Assembly (NCBI GenBank): GCA_040954595.2
Contig: CM082584.2
Coordinates: 3,662,110-3,726,109 of the forward strand
From: Balanoglossus misakiensis
Lineage: Eukaryota > Animalia > Hemichordata
Direction of reading: 5' to 3'
DNA: 64,000 nucleotides
Part shown: positions 1 to 12,680 of the stretch, one piece after another
How the letters are laid out: each line of letters opens with the position of its first letter
How positions within the stretch are numbered: position 1 is the stretch's first letter
The notes under the pieces: generated by a model
Databases searched by the model: none
What the model was told of the DNA's origin: nothing
The model's input: the letters and a program-made list of their open reading frames with translations, nothing else
Translations under genes and position numbers: made by a program

Positions 1-162
1 AATGAATGAATGAATGAATGAATGAATGAATGAATGAATGAATGAATGAATGAATGAATGAATGAATGAATGGATGGATGAATGAATGAATGAATGAATG
101 AATGAATGAATGAATGAATGAATGAATGAATGAATGAATGAATGAACGAATGAACGAATGAA

Positions 163-250
<88 letters not shown>
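1..250. repeat. (AATG)n followed by (ATTG)n microsatellite
   Basis: Directly visible tetranucleotide arrays; intronic to the minus-strand receptor gene. Confidence 0.98.
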
Positions 251-251
<1 letters not shown>

Positions 252-346
252 CTAAGGCTATGGCCATGCCTGTATACAAAGGGCTTGATGAGGTATTCCA
301 TAGTCATCTGTCGATATGGGAACGATTGTAGGAATAAAGGCGATAC

Positions 347-3300
347 CTTGTACACACAAACAGCCACCGGTATTGTTGCACACTGCCCTTTCCCATTGGT
401 CACACAAGCACTGTTCCTCGCAGTGTTCACCGCAGAAACCGTGCGCACACTCGCACTGCCCGGCACGAACGTCACAGGATAGGGCGCCCTCATCTCGACA
501 CAAACACTCTTGGGAGCAATTTTTCCCAAACCAGCCATTTTGACATACTGAAATAAAACCATTCAATCGAAAACTACAGCGCTGTCTAAACACCTTTTAG
601 ATAGATCACGAACATATTTGTTGAATTCTGCACGGGAGATATTATAGACCATCGAATTATGTTATTTGCAAAAACCACTGAAAACCACTTGCCAAAGAAA
701 ATCGGTTTGTTTTGTGGTAAACTAACAAACATGAAATTGTTCTTCCTGATCTCTCAGCTTCCTTTCTTACCATTTAATTTAAGCACAAACTGACCTTGGT
801 CACAATGAAGTCCTGTCCATCCCTCGTTGCAGTTGCATCCGCTGTATCGGTCACAGTCAGAGGCATATACACAATCGCACGCTTGATTACATGTATTGCC
901 CCACCTGTTGGTTGGACAACCTGGAAAGATATTTTTAAGGACTTACGTTTATACAGTCGGAGTCGTTATTGTCGATAGCTTAACAGTATTTCCACATTTT
1001 CAAATCCCTAAAGCTGCTGCCAACGTTGACTTTATTGCTGTTTTTGATCAAAGTTTCCGCGACGGAACATACCTGCATATACAGTAAACGTAGACATCGG
1101 CAGAAAGCCACAAAAATGCCCTATATTTAATTGTAACACTATGCATAACGGGAAGCTTACAAACCACAGATCCGACATTGATAAATTAATGTGATGTCCT
1201 TACCTGATATATTTGTGTACCCTACATCAGAATACACACGGCCCGACTGATCCCGGAAACGACATTCATATTTCCCCGCGTAGCTTTCCATGTAATTCTT
1301 GACTTGAATTTGACTGTAACTGTAACACGCCATTAAAAGCATCGTTTAGGTAGAACCCGCCTCGAAAATCAAAATCTTAAAACTTTTCTAAAATTTTGTT
1401 CAATGTCATATTTCGATATATGATTAACTCATATATTAAGAATAAAGATTGGGAGTACGTACAAAATTTGTTAGAACAATTCACTCTTACGCGAATTTCA
1501 CTACTTGTCAGATTATGGTTTCGCGTTCAGAAAAGCAGCCTGCTTGGCAGACATTTTCGAGCCAACGCTTGAAAACGCTAAACGAAAGCGATTTCGATTG
1601 GGACAATTGCAATGATTGGGACCAATATCCGAATGAAAGTGGGTTTTTTAATGTTTTGAGACGAGGAATGGATATCGTGTGCTACTTAATCTATTGTCGA
1701 CACGTACCTGATCCCTTCGTCCACAAATACATGGTCATCTGTATCTGAAGAAACAGCTTCACCATCATTTATATGCCAACTAAATCCAGTCTGATTGTCG
1801 GAGACGCTGCCGATGCTCAAGTGAAATGCGCGGCAAGTTAACATAATCATTTCGCCGAAGTATCCCGACGTGTTTTTCGGTGTCACTACCACAGATCTTT
1901 CAGCTAAACGAGGAAAAAGAAATGGTACTGTCACAAAAGTGTGTTTTACGGCGAACCTGTACGTGCATGCCTATTTTATGGATGTCCCCCCCCCCTCCCA
2001 CCAAACATCGCTACCCCTTGAGAGCCTTGGTATAAACCGCACCGCTGCAGTGTCGACTTCGTTATACCGATGCATTTCGGGTGAAAATTAATCACGTGCC
2101 AGTTATACAGTACAGAAATAATGTGTCCTGATAAAATTCTTAACAAGAAGAAGAAAGCACACCGTCCAATCTGTAGATACAGATTTTGACAAAGAAAAAG
2201 AAAAGAAACATAATTTGGAAGGGTCTTTGTTCTATTAACATTGTTGAACAGGAAAAACAATAGCACCGAATTTGGTAGTATTTGGACAGAGATAAATTGG
2301 CTAAATGTTGGCCTTGAAATCTTCAGCGAATGTTGTACATGTATATACTAAGTAAGATCAACCATGCAAAAACCATACTTTTGAAGCAATTAGAAGGGGC
2401 AATATTCATCAACGAAACTTCCAGGTCGTAAAATTACCAATGTCACATGCCACTCCTTTCCACCCAAATTGGCATTTGCAGGCTCCGTTGAAAGTGTGGC
2501 AAGTAGCCCCGTTTTCGCATACACAATCATTGTCACAAAGTCCTCCAAATTTCCCAGGGGGACAACCTGCATGGAATTCAAGTGTAATATGTTACCAAAG
2601 ATTAAGACGAATGAAATGTCTTGTATCAAACTAGTACTGCTACGAGACATCGAACATTTCGCCCCCCCCCCCTTCTCTTTCCATGGAGCACGCTAATTAT
2701 AAGAGATGACAAAACATTGCTCTGACAACGTGTATCACCAAACTTTACTTGTCGTACGCCGTATTTAGGAGGGAACAACTTTGATATAAAAAAGGAGTTA
2801 AAAGAAATGAACTCAAGCCCGTCAAACTAATCTGTATGCTCTATAATTACCCAACGATTTAACTTGAAATTCTAGCATCCACTCTCCTAACCCAATCTGG
2901 ACGACATTTTCCTCGGCGAGTGCGTAGTTGTGGTAAGGAAGTACGAGTACAAAGAATTTATCGAATATTTTCCCTTGAGCGGTAAGTCTCTTTACAATCC
3001 AGTCAGGCACGTTTTCCGAGGTCTGCAATAAAAGAAACGAGTTACCCTTTTAATAAGTCTACCGCCCTCATGCATCCATCGTGAATTTGAACTCAACGCG
3101 AGGCCAGTGGGGACAAAGTTGACTGTTCACATCAAGGGGATTTCCCAAAGGCCTCGCCTTGAGTTCAAATTCATGGTGGCTGCAGACTTATGAAAAAGAT
3201 GCATATCTTGGTCATTCTCATGATGAATGTTCCAAAATTTATGGAGAAACGTCGGAAGCGGAGATTATAATTAAACCAGTTATTAAGATACCGCCCACTG

Positions 3301-6300
3301 CTACAACATTGATCGTGAAATGGGTGTCGAGATGTACTAGTATGTGTCTAAACGATCGCCATAGTATCCTTAAGAGTTATCTATTCTATATTATCTGGTA
3401 ATCCCAGGTATTATATACCTTCTCTAACACAGACACTAACATTAACGTCATAAACACATACAGTTAAATAAACACGTGTACAATTCTACTTGAAAGAGAA
3501 TTACAAAAACTACCTCACGCAGAAAACAGCCGGAGAAGAGGTTGGAATTTTTCCAGACAGGATCATGAGCTTTTCGTATAAAAAATTGACTATTGCAATC
3601 CAATCCATGTGCAGCGTAAAATCCCTGAGGTCGCGAGACATAGAGTATTATGTCGCCTGAAAAGTGGTAACAAGAACATCGAAATCACCAATAATATATC
3701 TGTAAGAAGACTTGACATTCCGAGTGGGAGAAGAAACAATATATCGCAAAGAGTTTAAACTTCATACAGGGTTAGTATCAACGAATGCATTTCACATTTC
3801 GTTGTAACTCCAAGACAGGTTTAACTTTCTTTCATAGCCAGTAAAAAATAGTAAGCACTGAAGAGGGTATTGCATAACCTTGCAATGCGATTGAGAGTTT
3901 TTGGGTAAAGTTGACATTACCTCCTGCTAGCTTTCTAATCATTGTGAATTTGTCATAGATTTTTATTTTGTTTCTCGTTCGAGAATAAGCACACTGAAAA
4001 TCGGCCTTTTAACCAAAGAAAGCAATCAATGGTGTGTATTAAGATGGGTCAAAATATACAACACGCCCTATAGACAACGTCACAGAACGCAGATCGCCAC
4101 AGATATAGTTAGAGTTGAAAAACCCGTCGCTCGAGGCAGAGTTTGATCATATAACCTGGACGGCAAACGAAGAACAGAACAAGATACAAGCATATCCTGA
4201 ACATAACTTACAATCGTCATTATTGAGATCAGGAACAAGGAAGCAATCAGGCAAAGATGGATTTGGGGGCGTGTACAAATTCCTCCAACTTCCAAATTTA
4301 GAGATGGCGTCGAGAGGTGCTGGCTGAAATAGGAATGTACATTGCAATTAATATACACCTAGCTGATAAAGTACACACACACACACACAGAATGATAATA
4401 TACCTTATGTCGAAATTACTGGAGAAGATATCGGCCATTGTACTTACAAAACCGTCAGATTTTCTGGTGCCCCATGCACATGTTTTATTGAAGTAATGAG
4501 GCCATCCTATAACATCATTAACATGTATTGTTAAATTGTATACTGGTACATAACATTCTGTGTCTCCCGTATGAAGTACCGCCTGGAAACAATAGAGGCG
4601 TGTTTATAGCATCAGTTTATAACGTCTGGGAATATACAATTGGGCAGTACGTCCTACAGACCGGAGATGCAATCAAGGATACACTTATATCGTTGCGGTA
4701 ATATTATGCATTAAAAGAGGTATACGGTATAATTGCCAAACAAAACCACATATAATTGATGGGGTTTAAACTTGCACGGACCTCCCTACCGCACCGATTT
4801 ATATGCAACACCCCTCGGTCATATCACCCCAAATCAAGTTTGATCTACAATATTGGGGCATATCAAAACTTGTGTCTAAATGCTCAAAAGTACCTGCGGT
4901 GGGATAGATCACCATCCATGGAAACTGCGCATAAATGAAACATGCATCGGTGACCGTTTACCTTTAATGCGACACTCTCTCACAACTAAAAGTGTATAAT
5001 GAACACTCACAAACGTTGCTGGCTTTGGGATCACTATCATGTCAGTACGGGGTATAAAATTCGTTTTCTCGATGGCCCAGATTACTTCATCTGTACAAAC
5101 GTATACTCACTTCTTCAACAGACAGCTTTAAATTATACGCACTGCTAATTTCGCAATCCAAATACTTTGCTAGGACAACAGTTCCATTTCTACCGTCAAG
5201 AAGAAACATGCCTTCCTAAAGAGACAAAAGGAGAAAAATCTCCATACTTATTTTCATTTCATTCGCTAGTAACAAAGAGTAATCAAAGTCTTCTTGCACC
5301 CTCTATTAGCATAAGTAATTCGAATTTACATATATATATATAGTGTGTCAACTGTGAACAGTTTCGACTTTATAAATTAAGAGAAGACATATAGTAGTCC
5401 ATGTAGTCGTTTATCGTGTCACCCACCCCAATGGTTATGCATTGCGTATTAAAGAACAATACCTCGTTCCCTTCCACCAATGACACCGATGATTCGCTGG
5501 CTGATCCAGTGGAAAACACAGTACTCCCTATGTCCGCATTCTATGGTGCAATGAAAACACAGCATGAGATCAGAGAGAGAGGGAGAGAGAGCGCGGGCGG
5601 GGGAGATAGACGGCGGAAGGCAGACAGACAGGCAGACAGACAGAGTGTCTAGTTGCCAATTTTACAACGCAGAACAAAATTTCATTATTTTCACTCTTCC
5701 TTGTGACCCTCGACGAATTCGAGTTTGATAAGATACATCTTTGAATCAGAGGTGTAACTCACACCAAATGTAAGTGACATCATTACAAGTTTGTCAAAAA
5801 CCAATGTACTATTATACACGCACGTATTGATCACTGGATTTCATTATGTTTGAATACCACGGGTCACACCACATTTTTTTTAGTACACGGAGGGAATGTT
5901 GACAGTAACAAAGAGGTCGTGTGCCTTTTCCCCTATTATATGTAATTATATATATAGTTTATACCTCCAAGATTGTGACGGAAATATGCCGCAATTCTGA
6001 GACGCATCCTCTTGTATTGTTTACCAATATTCCTAGTAGGACAGAAAAATATGATAAATAGCTCGTTCATGGCCCGGTCAATAGAGCCGTGTACTTACTT
6101 ATCAGGCTTGTACAATTTTACAGAACATTTGTATGTTTTCTAAGGCTGAACGAAATACACCGATAGTAATAAAGTTTAGGCCGCCTAGTGTCTTTGCTTC
6201 ATTCGCCTGTGAAATCGCCTTGTGCTCAGAGCCACATATATAACGGTTATATCTGACACATACAATTTGTTTAGAATACATAAACAACAATTAGAGGTTA

Positions 6301-7683
6301 TAAACGGCTAGCGAGGGTATTTGGTTGCGGATATAAGACCTCTCAGGTGAAAATTAGCATATTTGGCTGGAAATAATCACCGAGCGAAGCGAGGTGATTA
6401 TTTCACCCAAATATGCTAATTTTCACCTGAGAGGTCTTATATCCGTACCAAATACCCGAGCGCACCGTTTATAACCTCATTATAATATGATTTTGCTTGA
6501 TAAAGATAAACAATTTCATTTTTTCAAGTCCGTTGTTTGGTTGGGGATAAATCGTGCTAGTTCTACGGCCTCGTCGCGCACTGTTCCAGAACACGCAAGC
6601 TGAGCTCGTGCAAACGTGTTCTAGAATTTCTAAAGTCACGCGATTTTATGCCACTGCCAATAGAATTCATAAAGTGCGTTCTATTCAGGCGCGTTCTCTT
6701 CTACATGTTCTATTTCGGTTACTTTTTTAAAAACTATTCACTGTTCAGGGTCCAGGTACTAGGTCTTCTTGTCGAGAATATAAACCCCGGCTCCAGCCAA
6801 TCAGCGAGCTGGATTCACGCCAAGCATATTATAATTAGAGGTTATAAACGGCTAGCGAGGGTATTTGGTTGCGGATATAAGACCTCTCAGGTGAAAATTA
6901 GCATATTTGGCTGGAAATAATCACCGAGCGAAGCGAGGTGATTATTTCACCCAAATATGCTAATTTTCACCTGAGAGGTCTTATATCCGTACCAAATACC
7001 CGAGCGCACCGTTTATAACCTCATTATAATATGATTTTGCTTGATAAAGATAAACAATTTCATTTTTTCAAGTCCGTTGTTTGGTTGGGGATAAATCGTG
7101 CTAGTTCTACGGCCTCGTCGCGCACTGTTCCAGAACACGCAAGCTGAGCTCGTGCAAACGTGTTCTAGAATTTCTAAAGTCACGCGATTTTATGCCACTG
7201 CCAATAGAATTCATAAAGTGCGTTCTATTCAGGCGCGTTCTCTTCTACATGTTCTATTTCGGTTACTTTTTTAAAAACTATTCACTGTTCAGGGTCCAGG
7301 TACTAGGTCTTCTTGTCGAGAATATAAACCCCGGCTCCAGCCAATCAGCGAGCTGGATTCACGCCAAGCATATTATAATGGAAGAAAAAACATACAGACG
7401 AGGGAACCTTGTCGTGACGCGGTCATCAGCAGCTGCGTGCTCGATTGAAGGGTCGGGCCTGTTTACAATGTGTGTAGAACGGTACCCTTCTCAAAGAAAT
7501 CTGAATAGATCAAATACTCGACATTGACATTGGTCAAACGCCGATCAATGAAATAGCACAATCGAGCGATTTTTTACCTGAGTCGTTAAATGAATCGACG
7601 AACACGGATCCTGTGATAAACTGGTAACAACAGTATAAGGCAACAAGTCGGACGGCGTGGAGAACGGCTGTCTTATATCCCAT
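347..7683 (-). CDS. 5' part of a multi-exon cadherin-EGF-Ig-EGF receptor gene (Tie/angiopoietin-receptor-like), continuing beyond the left edge; possibly disrupted
   Basis: Hand-spliced GT-AG exons: 7683-7578 signal peptide (MGYKTAVLHAVRLVALYCC...). Cadherin repeat from ~6032-5965 (ISVTILE), 5540-5463 (NADIGSTVF), 5215-5111 (FLLDGRNGTVVLAKYLDCE..YNLKLSVEE) and 4582-4448 (LTIHVNDVIGWP). EGF at 2566-2438 (GCPPGKFGGLCDNDCVCENGATCHTFNGACKC). Ig domain at ~1902-1708 and ~1320-1204 (LTCRA..W..GKYECRF). Further EGF repeats at 920-795 and 547-347. Exon-like segments at 2750-4330 contain stops and are unresolved. No kinase domain in the window. Confidence 0.7.
6289..7379. repeat. Head-to-tail dimer of a 544-bp element with a ~185-bp terminal hairpin (putative non-autonomous TE, Crypton-like)
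   Basis: 6289-6832 is repeated at 6833-7376. The hairpin gaggttataaacgg...ccgtttataacctc is centred on cgagcgaagcgagg. Short AAT/ATAAT direct repeats at the junctions. Family assignment is inference. Confidence 0.75.
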
Positions 7684-9269
7684 ATTGGCCGTCTTCGCTT
7701 TCAGGAACCAACAGCGAAAAGTCCTCAGATCCTATATTACCGCATCTAGACTAAGAAGTTGGTATGTCGACACTGCAGTATGGGACAACATATATTTCCG
7801 CATAAATGCGGAAGATGGGACATCTTAACCCGGCGCATTGACCTACTCACTAATTAGCATTTCAATAGATGACTGTGACGTCGATCGCAAACAGTACATG
7901 CTGCTCATTCTGTTTCAGCCACATCAACTTCTCTATATAGTCCGGTGCGAGTAGCAGTTTAAGAGCACAGTCACCGGGATTTATACGGCGACCTATTTGA
8001 AATTATTCTCTGGTCTAGAGTAAAGGACGTCCTTAGTTTACAAAGGTGCCCATTAGATGTCGAAGTATAACCAGAGCTTGGCAAGTCACTTTCGCAGTGT
8101 GTATTTACCACGACGCTTATTTGCATATGAAATGTGATATATGAAACTTCGAGAGACGACACAAAGGCTCTTTCTCGCTCTAGAGATTCTGAATGAAGAG
8201 GTTTTACTGAAAATACGGCCATTCGGTTCCCGTTCGGAAGACAAACAAGTCACGAAGTCTAGATGCGATTGAAGTGGGGCTGTGAAGCCCTTTATTGAAA
8301 TGACAGCTTCTGGGTTTTTAATTATTGCTTTCGGTAGCACGTAAAGGGACATTAGCTGTATCTTTTTGGTTTTCTTTTTCTTGTTTTTTTTTCTGTGTGC
8401 TAAATGCAAGTCTTTGCTCTACTCATCACTCCACTTGTCAGCATAGCTTGTATATGTGTAACGGCCATTATTATTGTTGACAAATGAATTCCAACCCGGA
8501 CTTAAATTCAATTTTGGCACAGTTTTAGCGATGTCCGTTTAATAAACAAATATTTATGTGCAAATATATAGTGGAACAATACATCGCAGTGAATTCCCTC
8601 TGTAGTGATAACCACGGCCCTCTGTTCAATCAATTGATTATTATTAAATTCAGGGAAACAAACCGGAAAAGTCACATTTACAGGTGACGCAAAGCAAAAC
8701 AACAACTGCAGCACGTGCCAAGGCGTGTGAAAATCCCAGTTACGAACCATTAAATGTTGGTACAAGACCCAATAATTATTACGGCTGTTGATTTTGAAAT
8801 AGGCCTACACCTGTGTTTTCTTAAACTTCATTTTGATTCGGGTTTTTATTTGTATTTCCCATGTGACCGCATTCCAGACACTTGATCACGGTCAGACACG
8901 CCTTAATGATGGTCAAAACTGAAAGCAATGTTACCTCGCCGTTTCTCAGAAATTCAATTTCTTTCGTCAACTGTACGCCCGCAACGTTTCCAAAAAGTAT
9001 TGAACCAAAATCAATCTTTTGATCACCACACCAATTATAGCATATCTCGATACTGCATTTATGATATCTGAAAGTAAATAGTGACTGTTTGATGACAAAA
9101 ATGTATAAGAACAGATCTTGTCACTTACACGACATATGTACTTTGCTCAGGCTTGGGTAGTCTTTGACCGCTAGCTTTGTTTCGCATGAACTCGTAAGTG
9201 CCCTAATCTCGAAACGGTAGGTCCCCTTTGTACATAGTAAATAACAAACAATATATATTTATACATTCG

Positions 9270-10200
9270 TGAGTACAAACGTCAAACCCAAACTTAGCAA
9301 ATATCTCGTCGTCTCGTTTATCTGAATACGACTGTAAAACTTAAGCTTCCAAAACGTTCTTTTGCACGTCGCTTCCCGCCCTTTCTCTGAACCCGGGAAC
9401 GAGTGTGATCATCTCGAGCAACAGCGCCCCTGCCGGCTGGAATCGTCGAAGCAGTTGGTGACGTTGAGATGGTATGGAATGAAGTCCTTTGTATACTTCA
9501 GGTTTTTCTTCTCCAGGATCTGCTGAACGTCGACTGACGGCTTCACTTTGAATGTGCGCATGCAGTCAGGTGAGCAGTGGTTCGCATTTGAACAGGGGAG
9601 TGTCATATGTGAATGAGGTTCAGAAAATAAACTTAAACGAGTACTTTTATAGATAACAATCATACTGATGTATGAATACAAGAAACTACAGGTTGTGTAT
9701 GATTCCACATCGCAAAATGATTTTCTTCCCAGACAGTGTTTTTTTAAACTCGCACTATGCAACATGGGAGATTTGCCAGTACATGTATAACTGAATTTAC
9801 ATTTTCTTTGATCTCTCCATCTCTGATGGTTGAGCCTGTCAACAGATTATTGACACACCTGGGTGACACGAGGCCCTGTGATCCATTGTGCTCGACTGGG
9901 AGGATCCATCGGGCGACGGATGTTTTCAGTCTGGCCAATCAAAAAAGCAGCTCACAAATTTAGCCGCATAAGACAGGTTGTTGCACTATACCTGACACTG
10001 TCGAAATTATCATGACGGAACCTCACTCCATCTCGTTGCCATGGTAATGCATAATTGTCCTCTCGAGATCATCGACCACCACGATTACTTGAAGCATTGT
10101 TACACGGTGACATTTCACATCGTCTACTGCATTGGGTCGTTTCTGAAATCGTCGCCATGGTTACCGGTTATTCATCGCGTAAAGTGCAAATTTATGACTT
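9270..10200 (-). pseudogene. HNMT: Histamine N-methyltransferase-like pseudogene (last two exons)
   Basis: The exon ending at 9992 (donor GTATAG) reads KCHRVTMLQVIVVVDDLERTIMHYHGNEME*GSVMIISTVS, resembling HNMT [21 protein letters not shown]...KMLIIVVSG. The last exon reads SVDVQQILEKKNLKYTKDFIPYHLNVTNCFDDS[frameshift]PAGALLLEMITLVPGFRERAGSDVQKNVLEA*VLQSYSDKRDDEIF, resembling the HNMT C-terminus. Contains stops and a frameshift. Confidence 0.7.
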
Positions 10201-11380
10201 GAGAGATGATATAATTTATTGAAACACACTGTCCCGTCTCCTTCTCTGCTCTGTTCATATGCCCCGGCCGGAATATATATCGGCAACTGTACCAAAGACT
10301 GAAAGCCCAAAGACAAAGACTAAATATTGTATGTATTTCATCCTTGTTGAGAGAGTTACTCCAGCAAGAACTGGTTACATTAGTGATATCAGAGTTGCTT
10401 GCAACACTTGGTTAAAGGATAAGCAAGCTTAGACTCATTAAATTTGGCTTGGCTGTGTTAACGAGTTGGTTGAGCTTGCATGAATTCCACTTGAGCACAG
10501 TAGCACATAGCACAGTAGTTGTATATCAATGAATTGCCTGTTGTCAATCTCTACAAGCTTTCGGCCACCAATGGCGGCAATGCAATTCTGTGAATGGCTG
10601 TGTCAAAGTACTTGTACACTACATGTTCAAACGGTGCCATCACACATTCGTGATTAAACTGGGATGGATCATCAATTTCATAACCTTCACAGTCGCCCCT
10701 CGCCATCACAAAGAAAACAGCACGCACAGAGCTTCATTAGTTTCTACACATCAATATTAATATTTATTTCTTCAAAATGTATATCTTCATTATATGTTTA
10801 TATTTATAATTTATAACTTCTTAATGTTTTCTATAGAAGCCATCCTCATGAATTTTAATGAATTATGAATAAATTATAGTTTATGAATGCATGAATATCA
10901 AGTATCGTATCGTCTTAATATGTACTGCAGTCGCGTTTTCAGTAATGCATAGTGATGAGAACCTGTTAAGAGGAAAAATCAGCTGAATAACAACAAACAG
11001 ACAAAAAACGTACTGACAAGACATTGACGCATGAAAGAAAATAGGAAAGTGTGATAAAGACACAAAAACATATTAAAATACAATTAGACCATGAGCCAGT
11101 AGGAGTTTACCTCCCCCCCCCCCTCCCGGGGGAATTTTCGAGACAATGTTTTTCTGAAAGCCTATCATATACTGAGTAAAATTCACTTTGTTTGCCATCT
11201 GGGCACCGGGGCGTTTTCGAGTTATTGGCTTCTAAATTATATTGGGTAACGTATGTAGGAAAGCCTAAAAGTGCATATAAATTGACGTAGGGGGGGGGGG
11301 GTAAATTACTCTTGTAAAATGCTGTCTCTCTGAACGTATACCTCGAACAACAGGGATGTATTTGGTATCAAAAGAAAGCT

Positions 11381-11590
11381 TTACTGTTGCTGCTCCAATT
11401 CTTTGGAATAATCTTCCACTCACCATTCGCCAGGCACCAGACTTATCTGTTTTTAAATCAAATGTTAAAACTTTACTTTTTAAATCTGTTTTTTAGCCAT
11501 TTGTTGTATTGTACTTTTGCTTTAAGCGTCATTGATCACATTTTTTGTGGATACTGACGCTATACAAATAAATTATTATTATTATTATTA
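11381..11590 (+). mobile_element. 3' fragment of an L2/CR1-group LINE inserted in the left TIR
   Basis: Encodes FTVAAPILWNNLPLTIRQAPDLSVFKSNVKTLLF, a typical ORF2 C-terminus, and ends in an (ATT)n tail. Absent from the right TIR at ~16895. Confidence 0.85.
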
Positions 11591-12010
11591 ATAAACAAGC
11601 TTTCCATTAATTACAAAATAAAAGTGATATGACAAATCATGACATCATAGTGACGTCATAAGTCAAAATACCCTTACGAAAATTGTGTTCTGTTCACCTA
11701 TAAATGTGAGGTTTTGCAAAACATGTCTCTGTGCAATTGTACTGATGAAAACTGATGAAAACTGTGATGTGTTTGGTATCAACAGAAAGCTGATTGAGTA
11801 AAGTATCTAATTATTGCAAAAAATTGATATAATAATCAATTACGTCATCATTACGTCATACTTCCAAGTACCCTTACCAATTAGTGACTATGATGACAAG
11901 TTATTACCCTAGGAGATAGGTGCCTTTAAATAAAAAAAATGGTAAGGAAGGTTTGTGAAGTCCATTCTATGTAAAAAATGGTGCTGATTCCAAAAAAGTC
12001 AGTCTTATTG

Positions 12011-12680
12011 ACCCCACCCAAGACAAAATTGCCATTTTGGCACTTTTTAACCCAAAAAGGTCATTTTTAGAAAACACTAAAAACACACTGTTTTCGTCAC
12101 ATTCGAAGATCTGATGACATATGATATGCCTGTTCTATGTAAAATTTGATGATATTACGAAAAAAGCAGTCTGACTGACCCCACCCAAGAAAAAATTGCC
12201 ATTTTGGCACTTTTTAACCCAAAAAGGTCATTTTAGAAAACACTAAAAACACACTGTTTTCGTCACATTCGAAGATCTGATGACATATGATATGCCTATT
12301 CTATGTAAAATTTGGTTGATATTACGAAAACAGCAGTCTGACTGACCCCACCCAAGAAAAAATTGCCATTTTGGCACTTTTTAACCCAAAAAGGTCATTT
12401 TTAGAAAACACTAAAAACACACTGTTTTCGTCACATTCGAAGATCTGATGACATATGATATGCCTGTTCTATGTAAAATTTGGTTGATATTACGAAAAAA
12501 GCAGTCTGACTGACCCCAAACGAGACAGAATTGCCTTTTTGACCATTTTTTGCCCAAAAACGTCATTTTTAGACAAAACTTAAAACACACTCTTCTCTGC
12601 ATATTGATTGATTTGATGATATATGGAAAGTCAATTCTATGTGTAAAATGGTGACTATAAAACATGAAGCAGTCTTTTTG
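12011..12680. repeat. ~167-bp tandem subrepeats within the TIR (mirrored at ~14290-14960 and 16233-16470)
   Basis: Units beginning acccca start at 12011, 12178, 12345 and 12513. Confidence 0.9.

Noticed and set aside
944-1072. Extra exon of the receptor gene
   Set aside because: Stops in all frames, and the flanking exons join in frame without it (NISG-CPTNRWG).
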